A stretch of DNA of 64,000 nt from Eledone cirrhosa (taxonomy: Eukaryota), in contig OZ024751.1 in NCBI GenBank assembly GCA_964016885.1, positions 7,254,001 through 7,318,000 on the forward strand, written 5' to 3'. The notes under the pieces were generated by a model, which did not search any database, had not been told where the DNA came from, and saw nothing but the letters and a program-made list of their open reading frames with translations. Position 1 is the stretch's first letter; every line of letters starts with the position of its first letter. Both the position numbers and the translations under genes were made by a program. This document shows, piece after piece, positions 52,322-64,000 of the stretch.

Positions 52322-54429
52322 TCTTTATTTGTCAAAGGTGCGTATACAAATGGGACATTACAAGACTCGCCGGTGGGGGTTTTACGTAAAAATCATATAA
52401 TTTTAACATTAATAAATATCAATAAACTATATATAATAAAATAACAATTGAAATTCCCAATAGGGGCGAACGTTACACCGCGTGGATAGAACAACCCTCA
52501 ACACCAGGAATATTTTGTAGGTGTTCCTGTCTTCCCTCTGTTTATCTTCCTCAATCTACAGGTTTAAATATAGAGAAGGCCCATTGATTCGGGACATTTT
52601 CGCCACATTCACCCACCTTTCAGCGAATTTACTGAGGTGTAGCACCTCTCTCTCCATCTCTCCACTCTCACCTTCCTTCTGAAGTGGTACTAAAAGAAGG
52701 GGATAAGTTTTTGACCGGGTAGAAAAGTGTTTGCCCTCAGTCCTTTTAACCTCGTCCACCATATTAACTCTTTCGCCATAGCCACCAGACAGAGGAAAAC
52801 CGTCCCTCCTTCATTCTTAAATGAAGGCGGCCGCGTGTTCCTCACGATCTGACTCGGATGACAACTGGATGTGTCCCAAACGTGACAGTAGTTGTTCGAC
52901 ATAATTCCACAAGTCGGTCACCCCTGGGCACTGAACAATTGCGTGCAGAACGGTTTCGATGTCCTGTTCGCATATTGGACAGGTCCTTTTGTCAGGTTCT
53001 CTGCCAGGACCTCCGTGCCTGTAGATTTTGTCTCGAAATGGTAGAATTCGTCGGTATCACTGCCAGGCCAGACACCTCTCGAAGTTATCAATAGGCCCTG
53101 GGCGGAAAGTCCTCCCGATCAGACTGGTCAGTTCGTCCTCCTCGATGCCTAGAGTTTCCCCGACAACGTCGTCGAACTTATCCTCCACTAATCCCCTATA
53201 GAATGACGAAGTGGAGTCTCCGCTGATTGCCGTTTCCGCTTGGTAGAGGCCTGTGAGCGCCTGAAGGCACTCAAGTTACCAGGCGCACATTTTCGGTCTT
53301 CGCTTGACCCAGGACTGCAGCTCTGTTAGTGTGACGTGTTGTTGAAGAGCTTGTCTCACAAACGACAGCCACACCGGTTCACCGGTCAGGAATACCTGTA
53401 GCTGGCGTAGCCTCGGCGCGTGTTTGCAAATCATCAGCCAGGGCAAGCCCAGCCCTCCGTTAGAAGGGTATTGACAGAAGATGGATATCCTCACCAATGG
53501 AGCCTGTTTGTTACAGAGGGACTTGAAGAGAAGGCGTTCCATTTTGGTGAGGTATTAGCCTGGACAAGGCACGACCGTCAAGCGGTAGTAAATAACGGGC
53601 GCTATGTAAAGTGTTCGTCACCTCCGCTCGACCTTTCAAGGAGAGTTTGCACTCAGCCCACTTCTGGATGAGTGCAAACACCTTCGCCGTGACTTCGTTC
53701 CAGTTCTTGTCCACCTGGAGATCTGGACGAAACAGATCCCGAGCAATTTCACCGGTCCTTACGTCCAGCGTCCAACGACACTGTCGGAAGGCATGGGTTT
53801 GCCTCTCCATGTGCCGAGTTGCAAACCGACAGTCTTGCTCCTCTCAACGTTTCGTATTCCTCTAATAGGTTACTGATCACCCCGTTTTCCGAGGTTTTCG
53901 ACACCATTACGGTTACGTCGTCTTCATAGACTGACGCTGCTTTCGGCAGTCGTGGTTTGGTCGGGATGCCCTGCAACAGATCCAACTTCCGCAGTAATGG
54001 CTCGAGAGTCAGTACATACATAATGGAGGAGGGAGAGCATCCCTGACGGATGGAACGCATGATTTGGAATGGCTCCGATAGGTAGCCATTTACCTTGACT
54101 GCCGAGCAGATGCTGGTATGCATGGCAGCGATCCAGCCTCTGATGACAGTACCGAAGCCGGCCGCATTGAGAACCGCTTCCAAGTATTGATGGTCGATTC
54201 TATCAAATGCCTTAGACTGATCTAATTTGATCAGAGCCCCACCGAGTCCAGGTTTACACCCTACCCTCTCTATGATGTATGGCATCAGGTGGAGGTTGTC
54301 GTGTATGGACCTGGTCGGGATTGCATACGTTTGCGCTTCCCCTACCAGGTTCTCGACGACAAGGGCCAGCCTCGTTGCTAACACCTTTACCAAAATCTTT
54401 AACTCTGTGTTGAACAGAGTTATGGCCCT
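52322..54429 (-). mobile_element. 5'-truncated Tx1/L1-clade LINE flanked by (GATA)n on both sides
   Basis: VKVLATRL...LDQSKAFDRIDH...SIRQGC...YEDDVTV, LSLKGRAEV. AATAAA sits directly before the (TATC)n tail on the minus strand. Confidence 0.9.

Positions 54430-54512
<83 letters not shown>
54430..54512. repeat. (GATA)n microsatellite
   Basis: Direct reading. Confidence 0.97.
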
Positions 54513-54514
<2 letters not shown>

Positions 54515-54643
54515 GAAGACTGTCGATCGTACAGGAATTTCGAGACTTGAAATAGGTAGTAGCATAACCACTACCATGCTAGTCGGTAGATCAATTTCCC
54601 ACGAAAAATTGAGCCTCTGGAACGATTATAAATATATAAACTA

Positions 54644-54714
<71 letters not shown>

Positions 54715-54850
54715 AGTGTAATTTTCTACACAAAACGAAGGTTATAGAGAAAATTGAGGTTGGTAATGGCACATGGAATATATAAGAGACAGAATACTTT
54801 TTTGTGAAAAAACAAAAATTTGTAAGGTAAGGAAATAATAAAGGGTATAA

Positions 54851-54898
54851 AAAATGACCGGTTTCGATGGGTCTGCAAAAGCCATCTTTTCAAATGTT
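54851..54898 (-). ncRNA. Minimal hammerhead, U3-A8 variant (inverted arm copy)
   Basis: Reverse complement of 59067-59114. Confidence 0.62.
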
Positions 54899-55266
54899 GA
54901 TTAATATTAAGAAAAATTAATAATACGAAGAGTTATAATTTGAGATTTGAAAATTCAAGTATAAAATTCATTGTAGGATTTCATAGCAGTTTTCATCTAG
55001 GTAGCAACAACAGGTTGACTGCTGTGTCCCTTTCTGGTAGTGAATGAGAAGTTATTTGGGGTGTGGGTTATTTTATAAAGGTCAGATTTAGCAATCGCCA
55101 ACTGGCCAGCTGCTGGTCAGTGAGGGGGTGGAAGCAATAAGCATACACATATCTTCCTGTGGTGGGTAGGAGAGTGGAGCGTGATAGAAAGGGATTTAGT
55201 GCACTTACACCTATATATACATACATACCTTCATCCACACATACATACATATACATATACATATAC

Positions 55267-55297
<31 letters not shown>

Positions 55298-55348
55298 TAT
55301 ATATACATACACACATACACGCACACACATATATACACATACACACAC

Positions 55349-55383
<35 letters not shown>

Positions 55384-55446
55384 TATATATACATACACAT
55401 ACATCCAGATACACACATACATACACACACACACACGCATATATAT

Positions 55447-55515
<69 letters not shown>

Positions 55516-58448
55516 CACACATACATACACACACACATATATATATATACATACACACATACAAACATACACACACACACACACATATATATATACACAT
55601 ACACACACATATATATACACACACACACACACGCATATATATATATATATATACACATACGCATACATCCAGATACACACATACATACACACACACACAC
55701 ACGCAGACTCAATATATACATCCACATGCACACACATACACACACACATATACACATACATACACCCACACACAGAGAAATGGCCTCCAAATATATATAT
55801 ATATTTATACATACAGACACATATATTTTTTCCATAATATAAGAAGTTGGGACAGTGAAATTAAAATACAAGTCATTCTGATCACATTGAGTTCTTCATG
55901 TAGATTGGGCCCCGCAACCGACAGTGGTGAATTCTGTGTGCGCATATATAGATAGATATATGTGTGTGCACGTGCAGGGTTTAACATGGATGTGTTGGTC
56001 ACACAAAGGCATGGTCTGTCAACGAATAAACCTGATTCTACAGAATTGGTCTCTGGTCTTTAATAGTAGTGATTCCGTGCGTATGTGTGTTTATATTTTA
56101 TGACAATTCTATTGGGGTGATAACCCGTTTAGTTTTGGTTTAAATTTGTTAAGGAAAATATTTTTTTGTTTATTCTTTGTTGCTGTGTGAACGAATCTGA
56201 GCACTTGTAGAAGGGGGAGATTTTAAAGTTGGGTAGTGTCATTCCTGCGCAGTTCGCAATATGGCTGCTCAAGGGGATTTTTCTTGTGTTAGCGTCCCGG
56301 ATTTGCTGGCGGTGGATGGTCATTCTTTTGCGTAATGAGGTGCCCGTCAGACTTAGCAACTTTCTGGGCATCCTACTGAAACCCTTTCTACAACATATAC
56401 AGAGCTACATACGAGATGACCTTGACATGCTGAAACACCTCCCTAAAACAGTAAGTGCAAATACAATTCTTGTCTCCTTTGACGTAATAAACCTCTACAC
56501 AAACATACCTCACAACTATGGAATAACAGCAGTCCAATACTGGCTTAACGCACACCCATCAGAAATACCGACACGCATCAACACAGATTTTATCACTGAC
56601 GGACTCCGCTTTATCCTACAAAATAACTACTTCACATTCAATGGTTCAACATACAGACAAGTATCAGGTACGGCAATGGGCACGAAAGTAGCACCCACAT
56701 ATGCCAACCTAGTCATGGGATTCCATGAACAACAAATATACAGTCAGTCCCTTCTCTTATTTGGAGACTCTTTCCACACACACCTCAAAGCCAATTGGAA
56801 AAGATATCTAGACGACTGCTTTATCCTATGGCAAGAAGACATGAACTCACTTACTACGTTTAAAAACATGATAAACAACATAGATAATAACATACAATTC
56901 ACAATCCAATCCTAAGGAATTAGCCTTCTTGGATATTCTCATCTCTGTAATAGACGGGAAATTAGATACAGATATATTCTATAAACCCACAGATTCCAAG
57001 CAATACCTCTTTTTCACATCAAGTCACCCAAAACATACAAAACTTAACATTCCTTACAATTTGGCCAAACGTATATGTACCATAGTATCAGATCCACCTA
57101 AACGGGAGCAAAGACTAAAGGAACTAAAAGACACCCTTATCTTAAGAGCCTTTCCACTTGAAATAATCAACAATGGAATAGACAGGGCAAAACACCTAAA
57201 TCCCCATCAACTTAACAATCCAAAACAGAAAACCACACTCAACACCCTGCCATATGTATCCACTTTCAACCCCAGAAATACCGAAATGTTTGATCACCTA
57301 CACAAAAACCTCCCCATCCTACTTAAAGATGTAAAAATGAAGTCTATTCTTGAAACACACAAGATCCTTAAAAGTAAAAGACAACCCAAATCACTTAAAC
57401 GCATTCTCACTGGACCAAATATACCCAAACCAATCCTCAACCCTACAGTTACCAAATGTGGTAGAACAAACTGTGGAACGTGCCTCTACCTCACTGAAGG
57501 ACAAACATTTACATTCAAAGATGGCCAAACATTTACAGTAAAAAACACTTCACCTGCAACTCGGAGAACTTGATTTACGCAATAACTTGCGATGGGTGCA
57601 AACACAACTACATAGCACAGACGGGCACCTCATTACGCAAAATAATGACCATCCACCGCCAACAAATCCGGGACGCTAACACAAGAAAAATCCCCTTGAG
57701 CAGCCATATTGCGAACTGCGCAGGAATGACACTACCCAACTTTAAAATCTTCCCCTTCTACAAGTGCTCAGATTCGTTCACACAGCAACAAAGAATAAAC
57801 AAAGAAAATCTATTCCTTAACAAATTTAAACCAAAACTAAACGGGTTATCACCCCAATAGAATTGTCATAAAATATAAACACACATACGCACGGAATCAC
57901 TACTATTAAAGACCAGAGACCAATTCTGTAGAATCAGGTTTATTCGTTGACAGACCATGCCTTTGTGTGACCAACACATCCATGTTAAACCCTGCACGTG
58001 CACACACATATATCTATATATATATGCGCACACAGAATTCACCACTGTCGGTTGCGGGGCCCAATCTACATGAAGAACTCAATGTGATCAGAATGACTTG
58101 TATTTTAATTTCACTGCCCCGACTTCTTATATTATGGAAAAAATATATGTGTCTGTATGTATAAATATATATATATATTTGGAGGCCATTTCTCTGTGTG
58201 TGGGTGTATGTATGTGTATATGTGTGTGTGTATGTGTGTGCATGTGGATGTATGTATTGTGTGTGCGTGTGTGTGTGTGTGTATGTATGTGTGTATCTGG
58301 ATGTATGCGTATGTGTATATATATATATATATATATGCGTGTGTGTGTGTGTATATATATGTGTGTGTATAGGTATATATATGTGTGTGTGTGTATTTTT
58401 GTATGTGTGTATGTATATATATATGTGTGTGTGTGTATGTATGTGTGG

Positions 58449-58508
<60 letters not shown>

Positions 58509-58571
58509 ATATATATATGTGTGTGTGTGTGTATGTATGTGCGTATCTGGATGTATGTGTATGTATATATA

Positions 58572-58618
<47 letters not shown>

Positions 58619-59066
58619 ATGTGTATATATGTGTGTATGTGTGTATGTATATGTATGTGTGTGTGTATGTACGTGTGTATATGTATATATATATATATAT
58701 ATGTATATGTATATGTATATGTATGTGTGGATGAAGGTATGTGTGTATATATAGGTGTAAGTGCACTAAATCCCTTTCTATCACGCTCCACTCTCCTACC
58801 CACCAGAGGAAGATATGTGTGTGTATATTGCTTCCACCCCCTCATTGACCAGCAGCTGGCCAGTTGGCGATTGCTAAATCTGACCTTTATAAAATAACCC
58901 ACACCCCAAATAACTTCTCATTCACTACCAGAAAGGGACACAGCAGTCAACATGTTGTTGCTACCTAGATGAAAACTGCTATGAAATCCTACAATGAATT
59001 TTATACTTGAATTTTCAAATCTCAAATTTTAACTCTTCGTATTATTAATTTTTCTTAATATTAATC

Positions 59067-59114
59067 AACATTTGAAAAGATGGCTTTTGCAGACCCATCG
59101 AAACCGGTCATTTT
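59067..59114 (+). ncRNA. Minimal hammerhead, U3-A8 variant, in the PLE pseudo-LTR
   Basis: AACAT-TTGAAAA-GATGG-CTTTTGCAGAC-CCATC-GAAAC-CG-GTC-ATTTT; palindromic ACCGGT stem III and GUC triplet. Confidence 0.62.
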
Positions 59115-59970
59115 TTATACCCTTTATTATTTCCTTACCTTATAAAATTATGTTTTTTCACAAAAAAGTATTCTGTCTCTTATATATTCCATGTGCCATT
59201 ACCAACCTCAATTTTCTCTCTCTCTCTATATATATATATATAGGAAGAGAGAAGGGGAATGACCCAGAGAACAAGAGAGGGAACAACAGTCAGATAACAG
59301 TCTCATCACGCATTGGAATTTAAAATTTAATAATATCATGTCTCTTGTTTGTGACATTTAAAGTTGGTGATTTCAGTAACACCAACATTTTACTGCGTCG
59401 ATACAATTGTCTTAAGGCTGAAAGATGTCACCTGCAAATATATTTCAGTTGTTGCTCTTTCTGTCATTAATTATTTGTTCTTAATCTATTAAATAAGATG
59501 ATTCATGTTGTACAGCATTGTATAGTGCTGAATACATAACTATATACCTCCAGCAGTCACGGCAAACATAGAGAGAATCAGGATACCTTACTATACATCA
59601 ACATATTGTTTCTGAACGTTAGGAATGGTAATACTTTCTTAGATTACATAAACATCTACGTGCACATATTTTGTACATTAACACTCCGACTGTTTGTCTC
59701 CCTCAATTAAAACTATGAATATAATCATTATACAATATTGTTTGATATTATGATGTACACAAATATTAAGTAACGAATATTGGCATTCGTTCCGAAAAAT
59801 ATTCTTCATGAGATAAAGTGTGCATTTTGTATGCTCGTTCTTGTTTGTATGAATAGATTTGAAACTTCGATTTTATCGATGATTCTTAAGGAAACAGCTT
59901 ATATACATAAATACATTACACACCCACACACACACACACGCACACACACACACACATATATATATATATA

Positions 59971-62259
59971 GCATTTTGTTGGCCATGTTGAGGCCCAAAT
60001 CTTTGCCCAGTACACCGGCCCCACGCCCGAACTGTACGGTCGTTACATTGACGACTGTATCGGAGCCACGACCCTCACCCGAGAACAGCTCGACTCCTTT
60101 CTCTCCTTCTTCTGCTCCTTCCACCCCTCCCTCCACTTCACCACCTCTATCTCCACCACCCACGTCCACATCTTAGACATCTCCGTCGCCTTCGACCCCT
60201 CCCACCACTCCCTCGTCACCTCCGCCTTCTTGAAACCCACCGACTCCCACTCTTACCTCGACTTCACCTCTTTCCACCCCACCCACACTAAACACTCCAT
60301 TCCCTACTCCCAACTTCTCAGGATCCGCCGCCTCTGTAGCCGAGATGCTGACTTAGAGTCCCAGGCCCTTTCCCTAGACAGCCATTTCATCCGCAGAGGT
60401 CCCCCCCCTCTCTCGTCTACACCGCTCTCACCCGCGCCCGTGCTGTCCCCCGCTCCACCACCCTCACCCCACGCCACCGCACACCCACCAACGTCTCCCC
60501 TTCCCCATCACCTACCAGCCCTCCACCTTAGCCCTCCACCGCACCATCCGCCGCCTCTTCCGACGCCTCCAGTCCGACCCCTCCACCTCCCACATCTTCC
60601 CAACCCCACGACTCCCCACCTTCAAACGCGCACGCAATCTCCGCACCCTCCTCGTCCACAGCTCCCTACCACCCAACCCACGCTCTGTTCCCCTCCCCCC
60701 CCGGTTCCTTTCCCTGTTCTAGGCCCCGCTGCAACACCTGTCCCCACATCACCAACACCACTAGCGTCCTGGGTCCCAACGGCCACTCTCTCTCTGTCCA
60801 GCATGCCTTCCGCTGCACCTCCTCCAACCTATTCTACGGATATCCGTGCAGCGCGACTTATGTCGGACAGACGGGACGTCGCCTGGCGAACCGATTCACT
60901 GAGCAACTCCGGGATATTCGTCTCGGTGGTAGTTCCCCCATCCGCCGCCACTTTGGTGGCCCTGGACATTCCGCACGCCATCTCACAGTCTGTGTCCTAC
61001 TCCAATGCCACGGAACACCCGCCAATCGCCTTAGAGTCGAACAAAGAACTATCTTCATCTTGCAGACCCACACTCCCCCCGGCCTGAACTCCCCACCCTT
61101 ATTCCTTTAGCCTTCGACCGCCCCCTCCCCCACACTTATCCCCCACTAACACCACTAACACACCCCTCCTTTTCACCGCCCACCCCACAACTAACAATAC
61201 TAACACCTCCACGTCACCCCTCATCCGAGGACCCTTCCCCAAATAACATACTAACATCCCTCCCTTCTTCTCCCCCTCCTTATCACACGCACACACCCAC
61301 CGGCACATATATACACGCGCTCACACTAAACACACCCCCTACTACCACCACTAACCCTCAACCTCACACCTCCATCCCACCACCCCGCAACTAACCTCAC
61401 TGACACCCCCTGACCCCAAGCAGACGAACACACGCACCCACTTACACCACCCAACCCGCACGCAACTAACATCACTAACACCCCCCAACCCCACGCACAC
61501 GTACCCACACACCCTCGTACACCACCAACTCTACACAACCTACCACCACAAACCCCCACTCACACCTGCATTCAACCCTTCCCCACCTCCCGTATACTAA
61601 CACACACTAACACCCCTTCATCAAACTACACACACACCAGTACACCACACTCCCTCCATAGAACTACACACACCCTTCTCTCCCTGCTCCACGCACACCC
61701 TCGCTCCACACTCACTCATCCCACTAAACACCTCTACTAATACACACACACACACCCTCCTCACTCCAACTTTCACACCTAACCATCTTCGCCCATTTAC
61801 CATTCCACCGACTGCTGCTATGCCCTCTGACCACCTCCCAGCACAAACAGACACACACACTCCCACTGCTTGACCACATCCTGTTGCGCGCGCACCCCAC
61901 ATCTCTCCTCTTCCGACCATCGCTTCATGGAATACTCGTATGTGGAACTTGACCTCCACAGAATCCACTAAACATCATAGGATTTTACCAACTTTTCAAC
62001 CATCCTCTTACGTAATCACCTATATAACTCACCCACACACACACCCCCAACAATTTTTTTCTCCACACGCCACCTACACCCACAACACGCTTAAACCCAC
62101 ACACACGTGCTTTCCACCACATATTTAAACCCTCAGCCTCCTGATTCCTCTCCCCCCACCCCTCTATCCACACACGCACATACACTCCGACCTACAACCC
62201 CCCCCTACACACACATACCTTTTCCTGAACATGCAACCCCGTTCTTCCCCCAACCCTTA

Positions 62260-62296
<37 letters not shown>

Positions 62297-62715
62297 ACAC
62301 CTACACACACTCACCACCTTCAGCCCTCCCCGCTCAGACACCCCGTCTTCCTCTACCCACTTCACCCGCCACCACCCCTACACACCCCACACCCTTCCAC
62401 CACCTGTTTTACCCCCCTTTTAATTTCAGTTTATTTTGATCATGCTTTTATATTTAAATTTATTTCATTCCTTGTATTTTGATCATGCTTTATTTTTATT
62501 TTTATTTTTAATTTCATTCGCACCGTTTCCTTTCGCTATATGTCTCTCCACCACTCCCCTACACACCCTTTGAACTCTGTTCCCACACACTTCTCACCCG
62601 AGGAAGGGCTTATGCCCGAAACGTCGTTCCCCACCAACACCCCACTCTCCAGAGCGTGAAATTAATAAACATTCGTTCTACTGCCTCTCTGTTTTGTTCC
62701 TGTTCAAATTTTTCC

Positions 62716-62717
<2 letters not shown>
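59971..62717 (+). mobile_element. Penelope-like element, 5'-truncated, C-rich, with a long low-complexity 3' region
   Basis: Frame from 59975: FVGHVEAQIF...GRYIDDCIGA...ILDISV...KPTDSHSYLDFTSFHP...IPYSQLLRIRRLCS. After frameshifts: CSRPRCNTC...YVGQTGRRLANRF...PGLN (to about 61090). AATAAA at about 62664. Confidence 0.88.
62596..62627 (+). ncRNA. Minimal hammerhead-like motif of the PLE (U4C)
   Basis: AC-CCGAGGA-A-GGGC-TTAT-GCCC-GAAA-CG-TC-GT; only a 2-bp stem I. Confidence 0.55.
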
Positions 62718-62761
<44 letters not shown>

Positions 62762-62965
62762 TATGTACACGTACATACATATATGGATACAGACGTACAG
62801 TAGTATGTATATATATATATACATACATGCACACATATATATATGTACGTATGGATTCACCGAACATTTATTATAATGCTCAGTGTGTTTGTAAACAAAC
62901 ATCCCATATTAAGCCGTAGTGTCTAGCAACCATCGTTGCTCGTTTGTTCAACACAGACAAAGGAA

Positions 62966-63006
62966 CGCTGTACTAGTTTCATGCTTATTAACTATCGTCA
63001 GCAACG
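62966..63006 (-). ncRNA. Type I hammerhead (family A2), stem II partly mutated
   Basis: Minus strand: CGTTG-CTGACGA-TAGTT-AATA-AGCAT-GAAAC-TA-GTA-CAGCG. Confidence 0.72.
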
Positions 63007-63679
63007 TATACCTTTCAGCGAGATTGTTGAACGTATATACTTACCTTATGCATATTAAGGCTGAGTAGCCTAATTTGTATATCGAGTGAGTTAATCGGCC
63101 GGGTGCACCGAAAACGATAAACGGAAAAAAATGAAAGAAATTTCATTTCCCACTCTTAGTAGGGCTGTTACTTAAATATAATTATGTACACATATATACA
63201 TATATGTATACAGACGTACAGTAGTATGTATATATATATACATACATGCACACATATATATATATATATGTACGTATGGTTTCACCGAACATTTATTATA
63301 ATGCTAGGTGTCTTTGTAAACAAATATCCCGTTTAAGCGGTAAGACACTACGGCTTAATACGGGATGTTTGTTTACAAACACACCGAGCATTATAATAAA
63401 TGTTCGGTGAATCCATACGTACATATATATATGTGTGCATGTATGTATATATATATACATACTACTGTACGTCTGTATACATATATGTATATATGTGTAC
63501 ATACTTATATTTAAGTAACAGCCGTACTAAGAGTTGGAAATGAAATTTCTTTCATTTATTCCGTTTATCGTTTTCGGTGCAACCGGCTGATTAACCCACT
63601 CGATATGCAAATTAGGCTACTCAGCCGTCAATATGCATAACGTAAGTATATACGTTCAACAATCTGGCAGGAAGGTATA

Positions 63680-63720
63680 CGTTGCTGACGATAGCTAATA
63701 AGCTTGAAACTAGTACAGCG
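63680..63720 (+). ncRNA. Type I hammerhead ribozyme (family A2)
   Basis: CGTTG-CTGACGA-T-AGCT-AATA-AGCT-T-GAAAC-TA-GTA-CAGCG; predicted cleavage after 63715. Confidence 0.85.
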
Positions 63721-64000
63721 TTCCTTTGTCAGTGTTGAACAAACGAGCAACGATGGTTGCTAGACACTACGGCTTAATACGGGATGTTTGTTTACAAACA
63801 CACCGAGCATTATAATAAATGTTCGGTGAATCCATACGTACATATGTATATGTGTGCATGTATGTATATATATATATACATACTACTGTACGTCTGTATA
63901 CATATATGTATGTACGTGTACATACTTATATTTAAGTAACAGCCGTACTAACAGTGGGAAATGAAATTTCTTTCATTTTTTCCGTTTATATATATATAAA

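Larger units (their letters stand above)
54746..59219 (+). mobile_element. Penelope-like element (Neptune-like linker) with a 1.6-kb inverted pseudo-LTR
   Basis: 56350-57860: SFDVINLYTNIP, YRQVSGTAMGT, KRYLDDCF, KPTDSKQYL, CGRTNCGTC, IYAITC...YIAQT. 54746-56348 is a near-identical reverse complement of 57620-59219. Confidence 0.93.
62758..63986. mobile_element. Family A (subfamily 2) retrozyme-like array, 419-bp period, head-to-head inverted around 63342/63343
   Basis: AGACACTACGGCTTAATACGGG at 63343 and 63762. 62758-63342 is the inverted copy. Shares the CACTCGATATGCAAATTAG...HHR...GTCAGTGTTGA core with 2373-4050. Confidence 0.85.

Overview
AT-rich eukaryotic (non-bacterial) DNA, dense in microsatellites and made up mostly of retroelement debris. 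The SINE families and repeat landscape suggest an octopus/cephalopod genome (inference). No intact host protein-coding gene is evident, and most ORF-track entries are (TA)n/(CA)n artefacts. Recognisable elements: six Penelope-like elements (PLEs; RT plus C-terminal GIY-YIG), two of them with inverted pseudo-LTR architecture; three Tx1/L1-clade LINE copies plus a fragment, sitting in (AAT)n or (GATA)n tracts; several RTE LINE fragments, including an internally deleted bipartite copy; and many tRNA-derived SINEs. The main hidden signal is about 20 type I hammerhead-ribozyme (HHR) motifs or remnants, found by manual reading. Some lie downstream of each PLE. Others define at least three non-coding, retrozyme-like families: family A (482/500-nt and 419-nt tandem monomers, 2.4-4.0 kb and 62.8-64 kb), family B (322-nt monomer, 16.0-16.6 kb) and family C (fold-back element at 4.5-5.6 kb and 45.8-46.4 kb with a fixed U4A core variant). 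All three show PLE-type inversions. Unusual core features recur: a U-U juxtaposition at the base of stem II and a compensatory U3-A8 pair. All folds were deduced by eye, and none of the activities has been tested.
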